Shown here: piece by piece, positions 12,439 through 23,821 of the stretch
How positions within the stretch are numbered: position 1 is the stretch's first letter
How the letters are laid out: each line of letters opens with the position of its first letter
Assembly (NCBI GenBank): GCA_965240325.2
Contig: OZ251254.1
Location: 744,001 to 808,000, forward strand
DNA from: Rebecca billardiae RCC1528
Taxonomy: Eukaryota > Protista > Haptophyta
Direction: 5' to 3'
Length of the DNA stretch: 64,000 bases
The notes under the pieces: model-generated
Databases searched by the model: none
What the model was told of the DNA's origin: nothing
The model's input: the letters and a program-made list of their open reading frames with translations, nothing else
Translations under genes and position numbers: made by a program

Positions 12439-15418
12439 TCATGCCTGCAGCATCCCACGGCGCCGCTGGCGCCGGCGGCCACGGCGCCGCAGCGAGTTGG
12501 CGGTGGCGGCCCCGGCGGGCGCGGGCTCTGGCGGCGGGCGCGCCGGCCCGCAGCGCACGAGCGAGCACGCGTGCGCACGCGCCGCGGCCGCGTCCTCGCG
12601 CGCGGCCGCGTCGCGCGCGCGCGCGACGGACGGCGGGCTCGTGCCGTTGCGCCCGGCGGGTGGCGCGGGGCGCTGCTCGTCCGGGCGCCACAGCTGCGGC
12701 GGCAGCACCATGTTGAGCACGGGCGCGGCGCCGTGGAAGAAGGCGTCCTGCAGCCGCTCGGCCACGCCCGGCTCGAGCGGCACGCCCTTCGACTTGTGGT
12801 TGGGCAGCGGGCCGCCGCCAAACGCGCGCGCCTCGCACTTCTGCGCGCGCTTCGGGGGCAGCCTGTCCAGCTCGACGCTGAGGCCGGCGTGCTCGCCGAC
12901 GAGTGACAGCAGCTGCGGCGCGAGCATGCGCTTCATCGCCTCCGTCTCCAGCACAAGGAACTGCTGCGGCGGCCAGAGCGCCAGCCAGTTGCGCAGGTGC
13001 AGCCCGTACAGTGAGTTGCTCACGTAGTGGTAGTAGTCGTTGCGCACGCACTGCCCGTACAGCCGGCGGAACGCGCTCAGGCTGACGTGGCCGCTCACAA
13101 AGCGCGCCGCGCCGCCCGCGTTCTTGAGGCAGTTGTTCAGCATCCCCACCTGCTGGCTCACCGCCTTCTCGAACGAGTGCCCGCGGTGGAAGAGCCCTGC
13201 GGGGAATGCGCGCCCATGCGCACGGGCGCACCGAGCAGGCGAAGCGGCGCGCGGCGCGGCGGCGGCGACGTGCTTTGAGCGGGCGCGCCGCCGCCTGCCG
13301 GCCGCGCGCGCGGCGCGCGCGCGCGGCGCGCGCGGCTCCGCCCGCGCGCGCGCGCCGCGCTCCTCGTGCTGCTGCTGCTGCTGCGCACCTGTCCACGACT
13401 GCGCCATCGACCACTCCGAGTAGGCGCGCGCCACCGGGTCGCGCACCAGCACGACGAAGCGGATCGCCTGCGCACAGGCAGGGCGCGCACACACGGGCAG
13501 GCGCGCGGGGCGGGGCACGCGCGCGCATGGGCACGGCGGGGCAGCGCGGCGCAGCGCAGGGCGGGGCGCGTGAGCGCTGCGCCGTGCGTGCGCTGCACGG
13601 CCAGGCAGCCGCGCCGGAGGCCGGAGGGCGTGCCCTCGTGGCAGCACACACGCACACGCACACTGGCAGTGCGCACTCGTGCACGTGCGTGCGTGCGCGC
13701 GCTCACGCACACGCACACACACGCTGGCAGTGCGCATTCGTGCGTGCGCGTGCGTGCGCGTGCGCGTGCGGTGTGCGCGTGCGCGCGCGTTCACCTCTTT
13801 GCTCGGCGCCATGTCTCTGAGCAGCTTGGGCGCGGTGGACTCGGCCAGGTAGTACGGGCACGCGTCCATCCCGACGACGGTGGCGCCGTCCACGCCCGAG
13901 AGCGGCGGCGGGTACGCGCGCACGTCCGCGAGGTAGTAGTTGCCCAGCTTGCGCGCCGCCTTGTCCCGCACGCACCGCGCCGAGATTGCCATCTCGCGCG
14001 CGGGCTCAAACTTGCCCTCCATCGGCGGCCTGGGCGGGGGGCGAAGGGCGGGGTGAGGGCGGGCGGCGCGGCGGAGGGCTCGGCGGAGGGCTCGGCGCGC
14101 GGCCGGGCGCGCGCGCCAGCGCGCTCTCGCCGGGCGCCCCACCTGAAGCCGCACGCCTCGCCCACGCGCGCGTCCATCGTCCGCCACTTGTGCACCTCCC
14201 CGCGCCGCGCCACGACCGGGCAGCCCGAGCCGTCGGCCCCCGTGCCCGCGTGCGCGGCGCACGAGCGCAGCAGCTGGTCGGCGATCTCGATGGCGCCCGC
14301 CTGGTTGGGCACGCGCCCGCCGCGGTCGTTCCCCGCGTTCGCGCGCGACCAGTACGCCAGCGGCAGCCTCGGCCCCCTGTAGTACGCCACCCTCGACTCG
14401 ACGCCAGCCGGCCCGTGGTACATGGCGCGCGTGAGCACGTAGTTCTCCTTGATCTGGTGCACGTGCGCGATGGTGCGGTTGTCGCGGGAGAGGAGGCGGA
14501 TGCGCAGCGCGGGCAGGGCGAGGGTCTGCGGGGCGGGGCGGGCGCGCGCGCCGGAGGGCGCCGCAGAGGCTGAGCGCGAGCCGCAAGCGCGCACGGCGCC
14601 GCCGCGCGGCGCGCGGGGCGGCACACACGCGCACACACACGCGCACGCGCACGCGCCGCGCCGCGCCGCGGCCGCGTGCGCACCTTGCCCGCGCACGCGC
14701 CGCTCACCCACTGCCGCGGGTCGTCGGTGCCGCAGACGACCTCGGGGTGCAGCGCGCCCGCGAGGCAGTCGAACAAGAACGTCGAGCCGCCCTTCGACGT
14801 GCCCAGCGTGAGGAACGTTGGGAAGATTCCGGAAGTTTCCAGCGCGCCCGCCGGGCCGCGCTCGGAGGACGACGGCGACGGCGCGCCCAACGGGGCGGCC
14901 GTGGGCTCGGTGTTCGCGGCTGGCGCGGCCGTGTGCGCGGCGTGCGGGCGCGACGCGTCAGTCACGCCCTGCCGCGCCGCTCGCGCAGCCGCCCCGGCAT
15001 CCGCGCCGCCGCTGCCGCGCGCGCCGCCCGCCGCCGCCGACGCGCCGCGCGCTCGCGGCGCCGCGCCCGACTTGCGCGCGGCGGCAGCCCCCAACGGCTG
15101 GGCCGCGCGCGCGGCATCCGCCTGAGCACGGCCCGGCTGCGCGGCCGCATCATCCTGCAGCAGCTCCTCCTGCACCGCCTCGAGGTGCGAGCGCGGGATC
15201 GCGCCCTCGCCCGCCGCCGCCGTCGCCGCCGAGCCGCCGCCGCCCGCAGCCGTGGCGGTGGCCGGCACGTCCAACCCGGCGAGCGGGCGGCGGTCCTGAA
15301 CGGTCGCCCCGCCACCGCCCGAACGCACGGCGAGCAGCACCACGCCGCACGCCAGTGCCGTGAGCGCCGCCACGCGCCCCGCGGTGGGCGTGCCGCGTGT
15401 GCGCGCGGCGGCAGCCAT
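12439..15418 (-). CDS. Membrane-anchored PAPS-dependent sulfotransferase (heparan-sulfate 3-O/N-sulfotransferase-like), 5 exons
   Basis: N-terminal TM (VAALTALACGVVLLAV); 5'-PSB PTFLTLGTSKGGSTFL; 3'-PB FVVLVRDPVARAYSEW; SLYGLHLRNWL. Exons 15418-14684, 14525-14143, 14029-13795, 13467-13389, 13196-12439, all GT-AG and frame-consistent. Confidence 0.88.
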
Positions 15419-16510
15419 GATGGCCAGCCCGCCAATTAATTCGGGCGCGTTGCGGCGTTTGGCCGTGGCGGTCAAAACATGCGCGCGGCAAGACCGCCAC
15501 GGCGCGTGGCGGTCTGCCGCGCAACTACGCGGGCCGCGGGCGGGTTAGCGGATCGAGGCTCTTGCGTAAAATAGGGAGAGCTACTGTCACTGACTGATTT
15601 GGCGATGTGCTGCACTGCTGCTCGGAGTGACACGTGCATATCACTATCCGAGCCTCCCGCTAACCGAGCCGCCATCGGCATCGGTCAGTCCACGGTCGTC
15701 AGCTGCCGCTGCGCCACACAACGCTGATGCTGGCACCGGGGGCAAGTCGAACTGGCGATTGGAAATTGAAACGGCGCTGGGCCCGGCCTGCCTGTGGACA
15801 GCAACTGCTCCATCTGCCAATGAGCTTATGAGCAGCGCCCCGATAACTCGACATGCGGACTGCTCTGCTGCACTCGTCAGCTGTGGCGACGGGCAGTCGG
15901 TCGCCGGATGGGGCATCAGTGTAGTTGGTAAGCGTCAGTGGCTGAGTAGCGACGGCGAGCACCCGCTGGCTGAGGGCGCGCCAACAACCTAGGCTCTTGC
16001 TCTGAATGACGGTGGGCTTGCCTGCGCACCACATCGCGGATGCGGTCCGTCCGGACAGCGCGGATGTCAGACTGCCTAGTGATTGCCTGCTCGGGAGACG
16101 GTGAGACTTACTCGATCGCGGGAGACTCCAGGAGGCGCACGCAAGGCTGCGCACGCAAGGCTAAATGTACGAACGAGTGCATTCACCGGAGGCGGACAGG
16201 CTGAGACGCCCGCCGGAGTTGCCCGCTCGGCTCGCCCGACTCGCAGCGACGAGAAGATCACTTGATGTGAACAATTAATGCCTCTGAAAGGTATATGATT
16301 CCTTCATTCGCGCACGGTAATGTCAAATGTGCTTTTCCATCGGCGCTAATCATGAATGATGGCCTCATTGACGAATTACAACAATTATCGACCAAAGTTC
16401 AGGCTGCCCGGCTCATATTTCCACTCATCAGACGGAATTCGTGCCGACAGTATCAGAGTTGCATTGTTTGCCCCAAACAACCCACACATCGCCAAGCGTC
16501 GTCCACGCCG

Positions 16511-17446
16511 ATGGCCGCGGCCGTCGTCGAGATCGGATCGGACGCGGCGGCGCGCGGCGCGGAGAGCACGTTCGAGCCGGACGAGGCGCGGCTGGACGAG
16601 GCGCTCGCCGCCTCGCGCGCCGACTACGCCATCCTGTGGACGCTCCGTGTCGCGCGCGCAGAGGACGAGCGGGACGTGCTCGTGTGCGGCGCGTACCACT
16701 CGATCGACGGCGTGCTGATGGAGGGCTCGAGCACGATGTCGTTCGGGCCGGGCAAGGACATCGTCGGGCGCGTGTGGAGCACGGGAGAGCCCTTCTTCGC
16801 GCCCGCCGTCAGCGCGCTCGACGAGGTGCGCTTCTCGCGCAAGCAGCTCGCCATGTTCGAGCGCGTCCGCTCGATCGCCACGTTCAAGTTTGCCAACGGC
16901 GTGCTCGAGCTCGGGTGCAAGAAGGGCTGGGCGGAGCCGCCGTTCATCGACTACGCGGCGCTCGCCGAGCAGCAGTCGGCGCTGCCGCCCAACGCCCAGC
17001 TCACCCTCGACCTCCAGCGGCCGGGCCTGCTCGAGCGCGTGATGGCCGAGAGCGGCGGGCAGTACGCCATCTTCTACCTCTTCTTCGAGGTGGTGCAGGA
17101 GCTCAAGTGCCGGCTGTACGCGTCGGAGGACGGGCGGCTGATGAAGGAGAGCCGCACGTTCCCGTTCACCGTGGGCATGGGCGCGATCGGCAAGGCGTGG
17201 GAGGACAAGGCCTCCGTCTTCATCCCGGACGCGTGCGCGACCGACCCGCGCCGCTTCCTGCGGCAGCCGCTCGCTGAGGTGTACGCCGTGCACTCGATTG
17301 CGCTCATGTGCTTCAAGAACGGGATCCTCGAGTTCGGCACGCGCGAGCGCTGGAGCGCCGCGCCCGAGCTGCCGCTCGACGTGCTGCGCGCGCTCAGCGT
17401 CGAGCACGGCGGCGGCGGCGGCAGCCCGGACCGCGCCGACACATGA
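16511..17446 (+). CDS. Tandem GAF-like domain protein (bHLH-MYC N-terminal / NLP-GAF-like repeats)
   Basis: Two homologous ~130-aa repeats: DYAILW...SF.PGKDIVGRVW...F.RKQLA...SIA...NGVLELG and QYAIFY...F.VGMGAIGKAW...FLRQPLA...SIA...NGILEFG; strong codon bias. Confidence 0.75.
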   Translation: MAAAVVEIGSDAAARGAESTFEPDEARLDEALAASRADYAILWTLRVARAEDERDVLVCGAYHSIDGVLMEGSSTMSFGPGKDIVGRVWSTGEPFFAPAVSALDEVRFSRKQLAMFERVRSIATFKFANGVLELGCKKGWAEPPFIDYAALAEQQSALPPNAQLTLDLQRPGLLERVMAESGGQYAIFYLFFEVVQELKCRLYASEDGRLMKESRTFPFTVGMGAIGKAWEDKASVFIPDACATDPRRFLRQPLAEVYAVHSIALMCFKNGILEFGTRERWSAAPELPLDVLRALSVEHGGGGGSPDRADT

Positions 17447-18188
17447 CGCCAAGCGCTGCCACTCGTAGTCGGAGCCCGTGCTCCGCGCTCCGCGCGCCCG
17501 CGGCCCGCCGCGGCTGCCACCGGGACGTCGGCCGCGCCCGCAGGGCCCGGGCGCGCGGTGGGGGCCTAGCCCGCGCGCGCGCACGGGGTCCGGTGGGAAC
17601 AGGTGAATGCGGGCTCACCCCATCATCCGAACGTCGGCTCAGGCTGATCACTAACAGCAGCCTGAGACTGCGTTGTGTGAGCAGCTGAGAGTGAGACGAG
17701 GTCTCTAGATAGCTACCCCCATACTGTGGAATCTCAGTAGTACGACTACTATTGTAGCAAGGGCTGCCCTTGATTGTAGCGACTGGCAGTGAACGACACT
17801 GTTCTCATTATTCAACGACACAGCTCCCCATGAATCCATGATTCATGCTTCACAATTAGATATGATAGACACCTGTATCGATCTAGGCGGTAATATATCG
17901 TCAATGGCCTCCGCCAACCAATCATGATTGGGCAGTTACCCCGCCCGGTAAATTTACCTGCCATCTATCTGTAGTATAGATGTTGAAGCCCCGAACTCTG
18001 AACCGGGGTGCGGTTCCTATTCGCCGATTACAGCGATACCTCGTACCCATATGCAAGCAGCGGATAAAGGCTACCTTGACGATGAGATCATCGTCATTAC
18101 TGTCTTGAGAAGCGACGGCGCCCGCCTGCGCAAGTGGCGAGCCCCGGCCGTCGCTACGGCAGCACGAGGTGCCCCGGAGGCGCGCGCG

Positions 18189-21100
18189 ATGGGCCGGCAA
18201 TCCGGCCGCGTGCAGCCGGAGGTTGCGAGTCGTGGCGATAGCAGCGCGGCTGGCCGCGCCCCCAGCTCCGCCGGCACCGCCGCCGGGTCGAGCGGCGCGC
18301 GCGCGACGGCCGAGAGCGACACGTCGGCCGCGCGGACGCGTGCCGAGCGTGCGCCGGGCGGCGGCGTCCTCTCCATGCTCGGGGCGCGCATGCGACCCAC
18401 TCGACGACGCTCGACCGGCCCGGAGGGCTTCTTCATCGTCACCGACCCCGGGCCGGACCCCGACGACATCAAGGGTGCGCGCGGCGCTCGGCCGCGCAGC
18501 AGCCGCCGGCAGCCCTCGGCTGCCGCTGCTGCTGCGGCGGACTGCGCGCGTGTCCACTCGCGTGGCGTGCGCGCAACCTTCCCACCCAACGCCCACCCCC
18601 GCCCGCCGCCCCCCCCACCCGCGCGTGCGCCCCCCAGCCCTGCTGATCGCCGCCATTCTGCACCGGCAGCGGCAGATTCAGCTGCTCGGCGTCGTGGCCA
18701 ACGGTGCGCGCGCACAGCCGCACACGGGAGGGGGGGGGGGGTGCGTGGGTGGGCGTGGCCCGGGCGTGGCGGCGCCGCTGACGCGCTCGGCTCGCCTCGC
18801 GCGCGGCGTGTGCACGCGCCATGCAGGCGGTCAGCAGGCGCCGATGCGCGCGCGGCTTGCGCGTTGCATCCTCGACCACGTCGGGGAGGCGGACGTGCCC
18901 GTGGCGGTGGGCAGCGCGGGACAGCCGTACAGCGCACAGGCGCACGAGTACAGGTGCGTGTGCGCGCGTGTGCGCCGCCGCTGCGTGCGTGCGTGCGTGC
19001 GAGCGCGTGCGCGCGCGCGGCCCCTCCCCTGTGTCTGTCTGCGCAAAGGCGCAGGCCCGGGGCACGCCCTTGCCTGCGCGCGCGGCGGCCCTTGCCTGCG
19101 CGCGCGGCGCCGAGCGCTGACGGAGCGCGCCCCGCCGCGTGCCCCGCGCACCGCGCGCAGCATCGCCGGCTTCGACGCCGTCTCGGACGCGCGGCTGCTC
19201 CCCGACGGCTCCGCGCTGCTCGCCCGCTGCCTCCGCGCCGCGGGCCCCAAGTCTGTCACCGTCGTGTGTATCTCGTCGATGCGAGATCTGGCGGACGTGA
19301 TGACCCAGGTGGGGAGCTGGCTGGCTGGCGCGCGCGCGCGTGCTGGCGGGGGAGGGGCGTGCGCGCGCGAGGCGGGGTGCGGTTGGTCGTGCGGTGCGGC
19401 GCGGCATGCCCCGCGGCTGCGCAAGCGCTCACCACGCGCGCGCGCGCTGCCGTGCGCGCCGCCCCGCCCCGCCACGCGCCGCCCCGCGCCGCCGCGCGCC
19501 GCCCCGCCCCGCCCCGCGCCGCCCCGCGCCGCCCCGCCTCGCCGCCGGCCCCGCTACTTGCGCGCTCGCCCCCCGCAGGAGGCCTCGCTCGTGCTGGAGA
19601 AGGTCCGGCTGGTCGCGGTGCAGGGCGGGCTGGAGCCGGACCCCTCGAGGCCGTCCGGGTACCGCGCGGACTCGTCCGTCAACAACGGTGCGGCTGCGGG
19701 GGTGCGGCTGCGGGGGTGCGGCTGCGGGGGTGCGGCTGCGGGGGTGCGGCTGCGGGGGTGCGGCTGCGGGGGTGCGGCTGCGGGGGTGCGGCTGCGGGGG
19801 TGCGGCTGCGGGGGTGCGGCTGCGGGGGTGCGGCTGCGGGGGTGCGGCTGCGGGGGTGCGGCTGCGGGGGTGCGGCTGCGGGGGTGCGGCTGCGGGGGTG
19901 CGGCTGCGGGGGTGCGGCTGCGGGGGTGCGGCTGCGGGGGTGCGGCTGCGGGGGTGCGGCTGCGGGGGTGCGGCTGCGGGGGTGCGGCTGCGGGGGTGCG
20001 GCTGCGGGGGTGCGGCTGCGGGGGTGCGGCTGCGGGGGTGCGGCTGCGGGGGTGCGGCTGCGGGGGTGCGGCTGCGGGGGTGCGCCCGGCCCGCGGCTCA
20101 TCCGCCCTGCGCCCCGCCCTTGCGCGTGCCGTGCACACACCCGCGCCCGCACGCACGCCAGGCTTCGACCTCGCAGCGGCTGAGCTGGTGTACAGCTTCT
20201 GCTTCGAGCGGGGCGTGCCCATGACCGTTACTTCCCGTTACGCGGTGCCGCTGCTGCCGATGCAGGTGCGCGCGGGCGAGGCGGCGGCGCAGCCAGCGCG
20301 CGCCCGCCCGCTCGGCGCGCTCGCCCCGCGCCCACCGCACCTCGCCCCGCCGCCGCCCCCTCCGCGCCGGCGCGGTGCGCGCGCGCAGCTCGCCGCCTCG
20401 TTTGCCGAGCGCACGCGCTGCCCCGTGATGGCCTACCTGGCGACGGCGCAGTTCCTGGGGCTGGAGGGGCTGTGGCTGAAGCTGTGCGAGGGCAAGCTGC
20501 CCGCGCGCTGCACCAAGGGGTGGTACTTTGAGACCTTCTGCGGCGTGGGCGCGGCCGAGTTTGAGAAGCGCGGCCTCGGCGGCCAGCTGGGGCCTCACAC
20601 GCGCATCAGGCAGCACCTCAACGGGTGCGGAGCGCTGCGTGTGCGAGCGTGCGCTGTGTGCGCGCGTGTGTGCGTATGTGTGTGCGCGCGTGTGTGCGTA
20701 TGCGTGTGCGCGCGTGTGTGCGTATGTGTGTGCGCGCGCGCGCGTGTGTTCCGCGGCAGCAGCGCGCCCGCTCATCACGCGCCGCCGCCCGCGCGCGCGC
20801 CGCCCCCTGCCCGCAGCTTTGTCAAGCCGTACGACGTGGTCGCGCTGATGACGGCGCTGCCGCTCACGCGGCACGCGCTGCTGCCGCCGGCCGCGCCGTG
20901 CCGCGTGCAGGTGAACGGCGTGTCGCACGCGCTGCTGCTCTCGGCCGCGCACGGCGTGGACGCGGCCGTGGTCGTGAAGCTGCTGCGCGACACTTACCAC
21001 GAGGTGGTGCTGGCGACGCACGCGGGCGGGGACGTGACGGGCGAGGGCGGCGGCGCGGAAGGCGGCGGGCTGCCGCGGCGCGCGTCTGTGCGTGCGGCCG

Positions 21101-23790
21101 TCGCGGACGGCGAGCGCGGCGGCGCGCACGCGGCCGCGTGGCGAGGCGGCGGCGGCGCGGCGGGCGCGGCGCGGCGGCGCGGCGGCGGCGCGAGCGCGCG
21201 CCGCCTCTCGCGCGCGCTCGGCGGCGGCGGCGAGCTGAGCGCGCGGCCGCGCGCCGCGGCCGAGGGCGGCGGCGGCGGCCGCGGCCGCGGCGGCGGCGCG
21301 CCCGCCGCCCCGGCCAAGCCGGGGGCCTCCGCCGCCGCCGCCGCCGCCGCCTCCGCCGCCGCCGCCTCGCGAGCGTCCACCGCCGCGGCCGAGCAGCGGC
21401 TGGAGCGGCTGCGCGACACTTCGGTCTTCTCCGACCCCGCGCTGCTCTTCGCCGCACAGCAGCAGCGGCGGCGGGGACAGGCTGACGAGGCGGCGGGCGG
21501 CGCGGCGGGCGCGGGCGGCGGCGGTGCGGCGGGCGGCGGCGGTGCGGGCGCGGCCGGGGCGGCGGGCGGCGGTGGCGGCGGCGGCGCCGACGCGCGCCAC
21601 CGCCTCAGCCTCGACGGCGCGGTCGCGCTCGACGGCGCGGCGCTCGCGGCCGCGCTCGCCGCGGCGGAGGGCGAGAGCCGCCCCTCGCCGCCGCCTCTCT
21701 CGCCCTTCCGCTCGCGCAGCGCGTCGCTGAGCGCACGCGGCGGCGGGCGGCGGCCGAGCGGCGCGGGCGCGCTGTCGCGCAGCCCGTTTGGCGGCTCGCG
21801 CCGATTCCGCAGCGAGAGCGCCGAGCTGCCGCCCTCCGCCGCCGCGTGCGCCGCGTGCGCGGAGCCGCCCGGCCGCGCGCCCCCGTTCGCGCCCGCGCGC
21901 GCCGCGCCGCCGCCCACCGTGGGCTCAGAGCTCACTCCAGACGAGACGTTGTTCCTGCTGCGGCGCGCGCTCGGCGACGCGCACCGGCGGCACGCCAAGA
22001 CGACGATCCCGCTCGCGCGCGCGGGCACGGCGCTGCTGCTGCTCGGCGCGTGCGCCGCGGCGGCGGACGGCTTTGGCACGGAGGCCGCGCTGCTGCGCGC
22101 CGCACCCGCCGCCGACGCCGCCGACGCCGCCGCCGACGCCCCGACGGCGGCGCAGCTGCGCGCGCTCGGCGCGGCGGCGCTCGCGCTGCGAGTGCGTCTG
22201 TGCGCGTGGGCGGTCGCGCGGCTGCTCGGCGTGGGCACCGCCGTGGCCGCGCTGCACCCCACCGAGGCGCACGTGGGCGCGACGCGCGCGCTCGGCGGCG
22301 CGCTGTGCTGCGCGCTCTGCCTCGCGTGCGCGCGCGCCGCGGCGCTCGCGCTGCGCGCGGCGGCGTGCGGCCGCGCGGCGGCGGGCGGCGGCGGCGCGCG
22401 CGCCGAGCAGCGCGCGCGCGGCTGGGCGGGCGGCGCCGAGGGCCCGGCGGCCGCGCAGTGCGTGCTGCTGCCGCTGCCCGGCGGCGCGGACGGCGCGGCC
22501 GCCTCGCTCGGCGTCGAGTGCGCGTGGCTGTGCGCGTGCGCAGCGCTGCTCTGCGCGCTCGGCCTCGGCGGCGCGGCGCTGCGCGCGCGCCCGCCACGCG
22601 ACCTCAGCCGGCGCCGGCTCGACGGCGCGTGCGCGGTGGCGGGGCTGTGGGCGCTGGGCGTGGCGGCGCGCGAGGGCGCGCTGCTGCTCGCCGCGCCGCG
22701 CGCCGCGCAGCTCGACGCCGGCGGCGGCGCGCACGTGGCCGCGCTCGGCGGCGCGCTCCTTGGCCTGCGCGCCCTCGCGGCCGTGCTCGGCGTGAGCGTG
22801 GGCGTGTGCGCGCTGCGCGGCCGCGCGCGCGCGCGGCTGCAGTCTCGCGTCGCGGGCGCTCTCTCGTCGGGCGGCCGTCTCGCCTCGCTCGCGCCCCTGC
22901 TCGGCTTCGGCACCGCGCACGAGCTCGACCCCGCGGAGGTGTGCGCGTGCGCGGAGGGCGGCCTGCAGAGCCTGCTGCTGGAGCGCCGGGCCTTCTCGAG
23001 CGCGCCCGCGGCGGCGGCGGCGGAGGCGGAGGCGGAGGCGGAGGCGGGGCTCGGCGCGAGCGTCGCGCGCGCCGCCGCGCGCAGCGCCGCCGCGCCCTCG
23101 CCGCGCGCCGCCGCCGCCGCGCCCGGCCAGCGCGCGCGCCGCCCAGCACCCTTCTCCTTGTTCAGGCCGCCGCCGCCAGGCTCAGAGGCGGCGGCGGCGG
23201 CGGCGGAGGATGCAGCGGCGCGGCACGCCGCGGCGCTCGGCGGCTGCGCGCACGCCGCGCCCTTCTCGCTCTGCGCCGGCAGCGCCTCTGCCTCCTTCAG
23301 CGCCAAGTGCGGCGCCGCGCTCGCGCTGGGCGCAGTGCTCGGCCGGCGCGGCGGCGCGGAGGGCGGGCGCGCGCCGCGCCGCCACTCCGATCCGCGCGGC
23401 ACCGGCGGGGGCGCGGGGGCGGGGGGCGGCGCGGGGGGCGGCGGCGGCCTCGGCGCGATGCCGCCCGGCACAGCCCTCGCGCTCGGCGGCGGCGGGCGGC
23501 ACGGCTCGCCCCGCCGCTGCTCCGCGCCGCCGCAGCGCGCGGGCGGCGGCGGCGGCTGCGGCGCCGAGCTCGGCGGCGGCGGCGGGTGCGGGTGCGGCGG
23601 CGCGTGCGGTGGTGGGTGCGCGCACCCACTAGCCGACCTGTCGCTTCTGTCGGAGGAGGGGGCGGAGGAGGGGGCGGAGGAGGGGGCGGCCGAGCTGCCC
23701 GCGCAGGGCGGAGGCGCGGCGGACGTCGACGCCGCCTCCGCCCTCGACGAGTGGAGCGTGCCGGCCTCGCCGCAGCCCGCGGACGGCGGC

Positions 23791-23821
<31 letters not shown>

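Noticed and set aside
19687-20083. CRISPR-like or telomeric array
   Set aside because: No spacers, no cas genes, not a TTAGGG-type unit; it is an intronic minisatellite.
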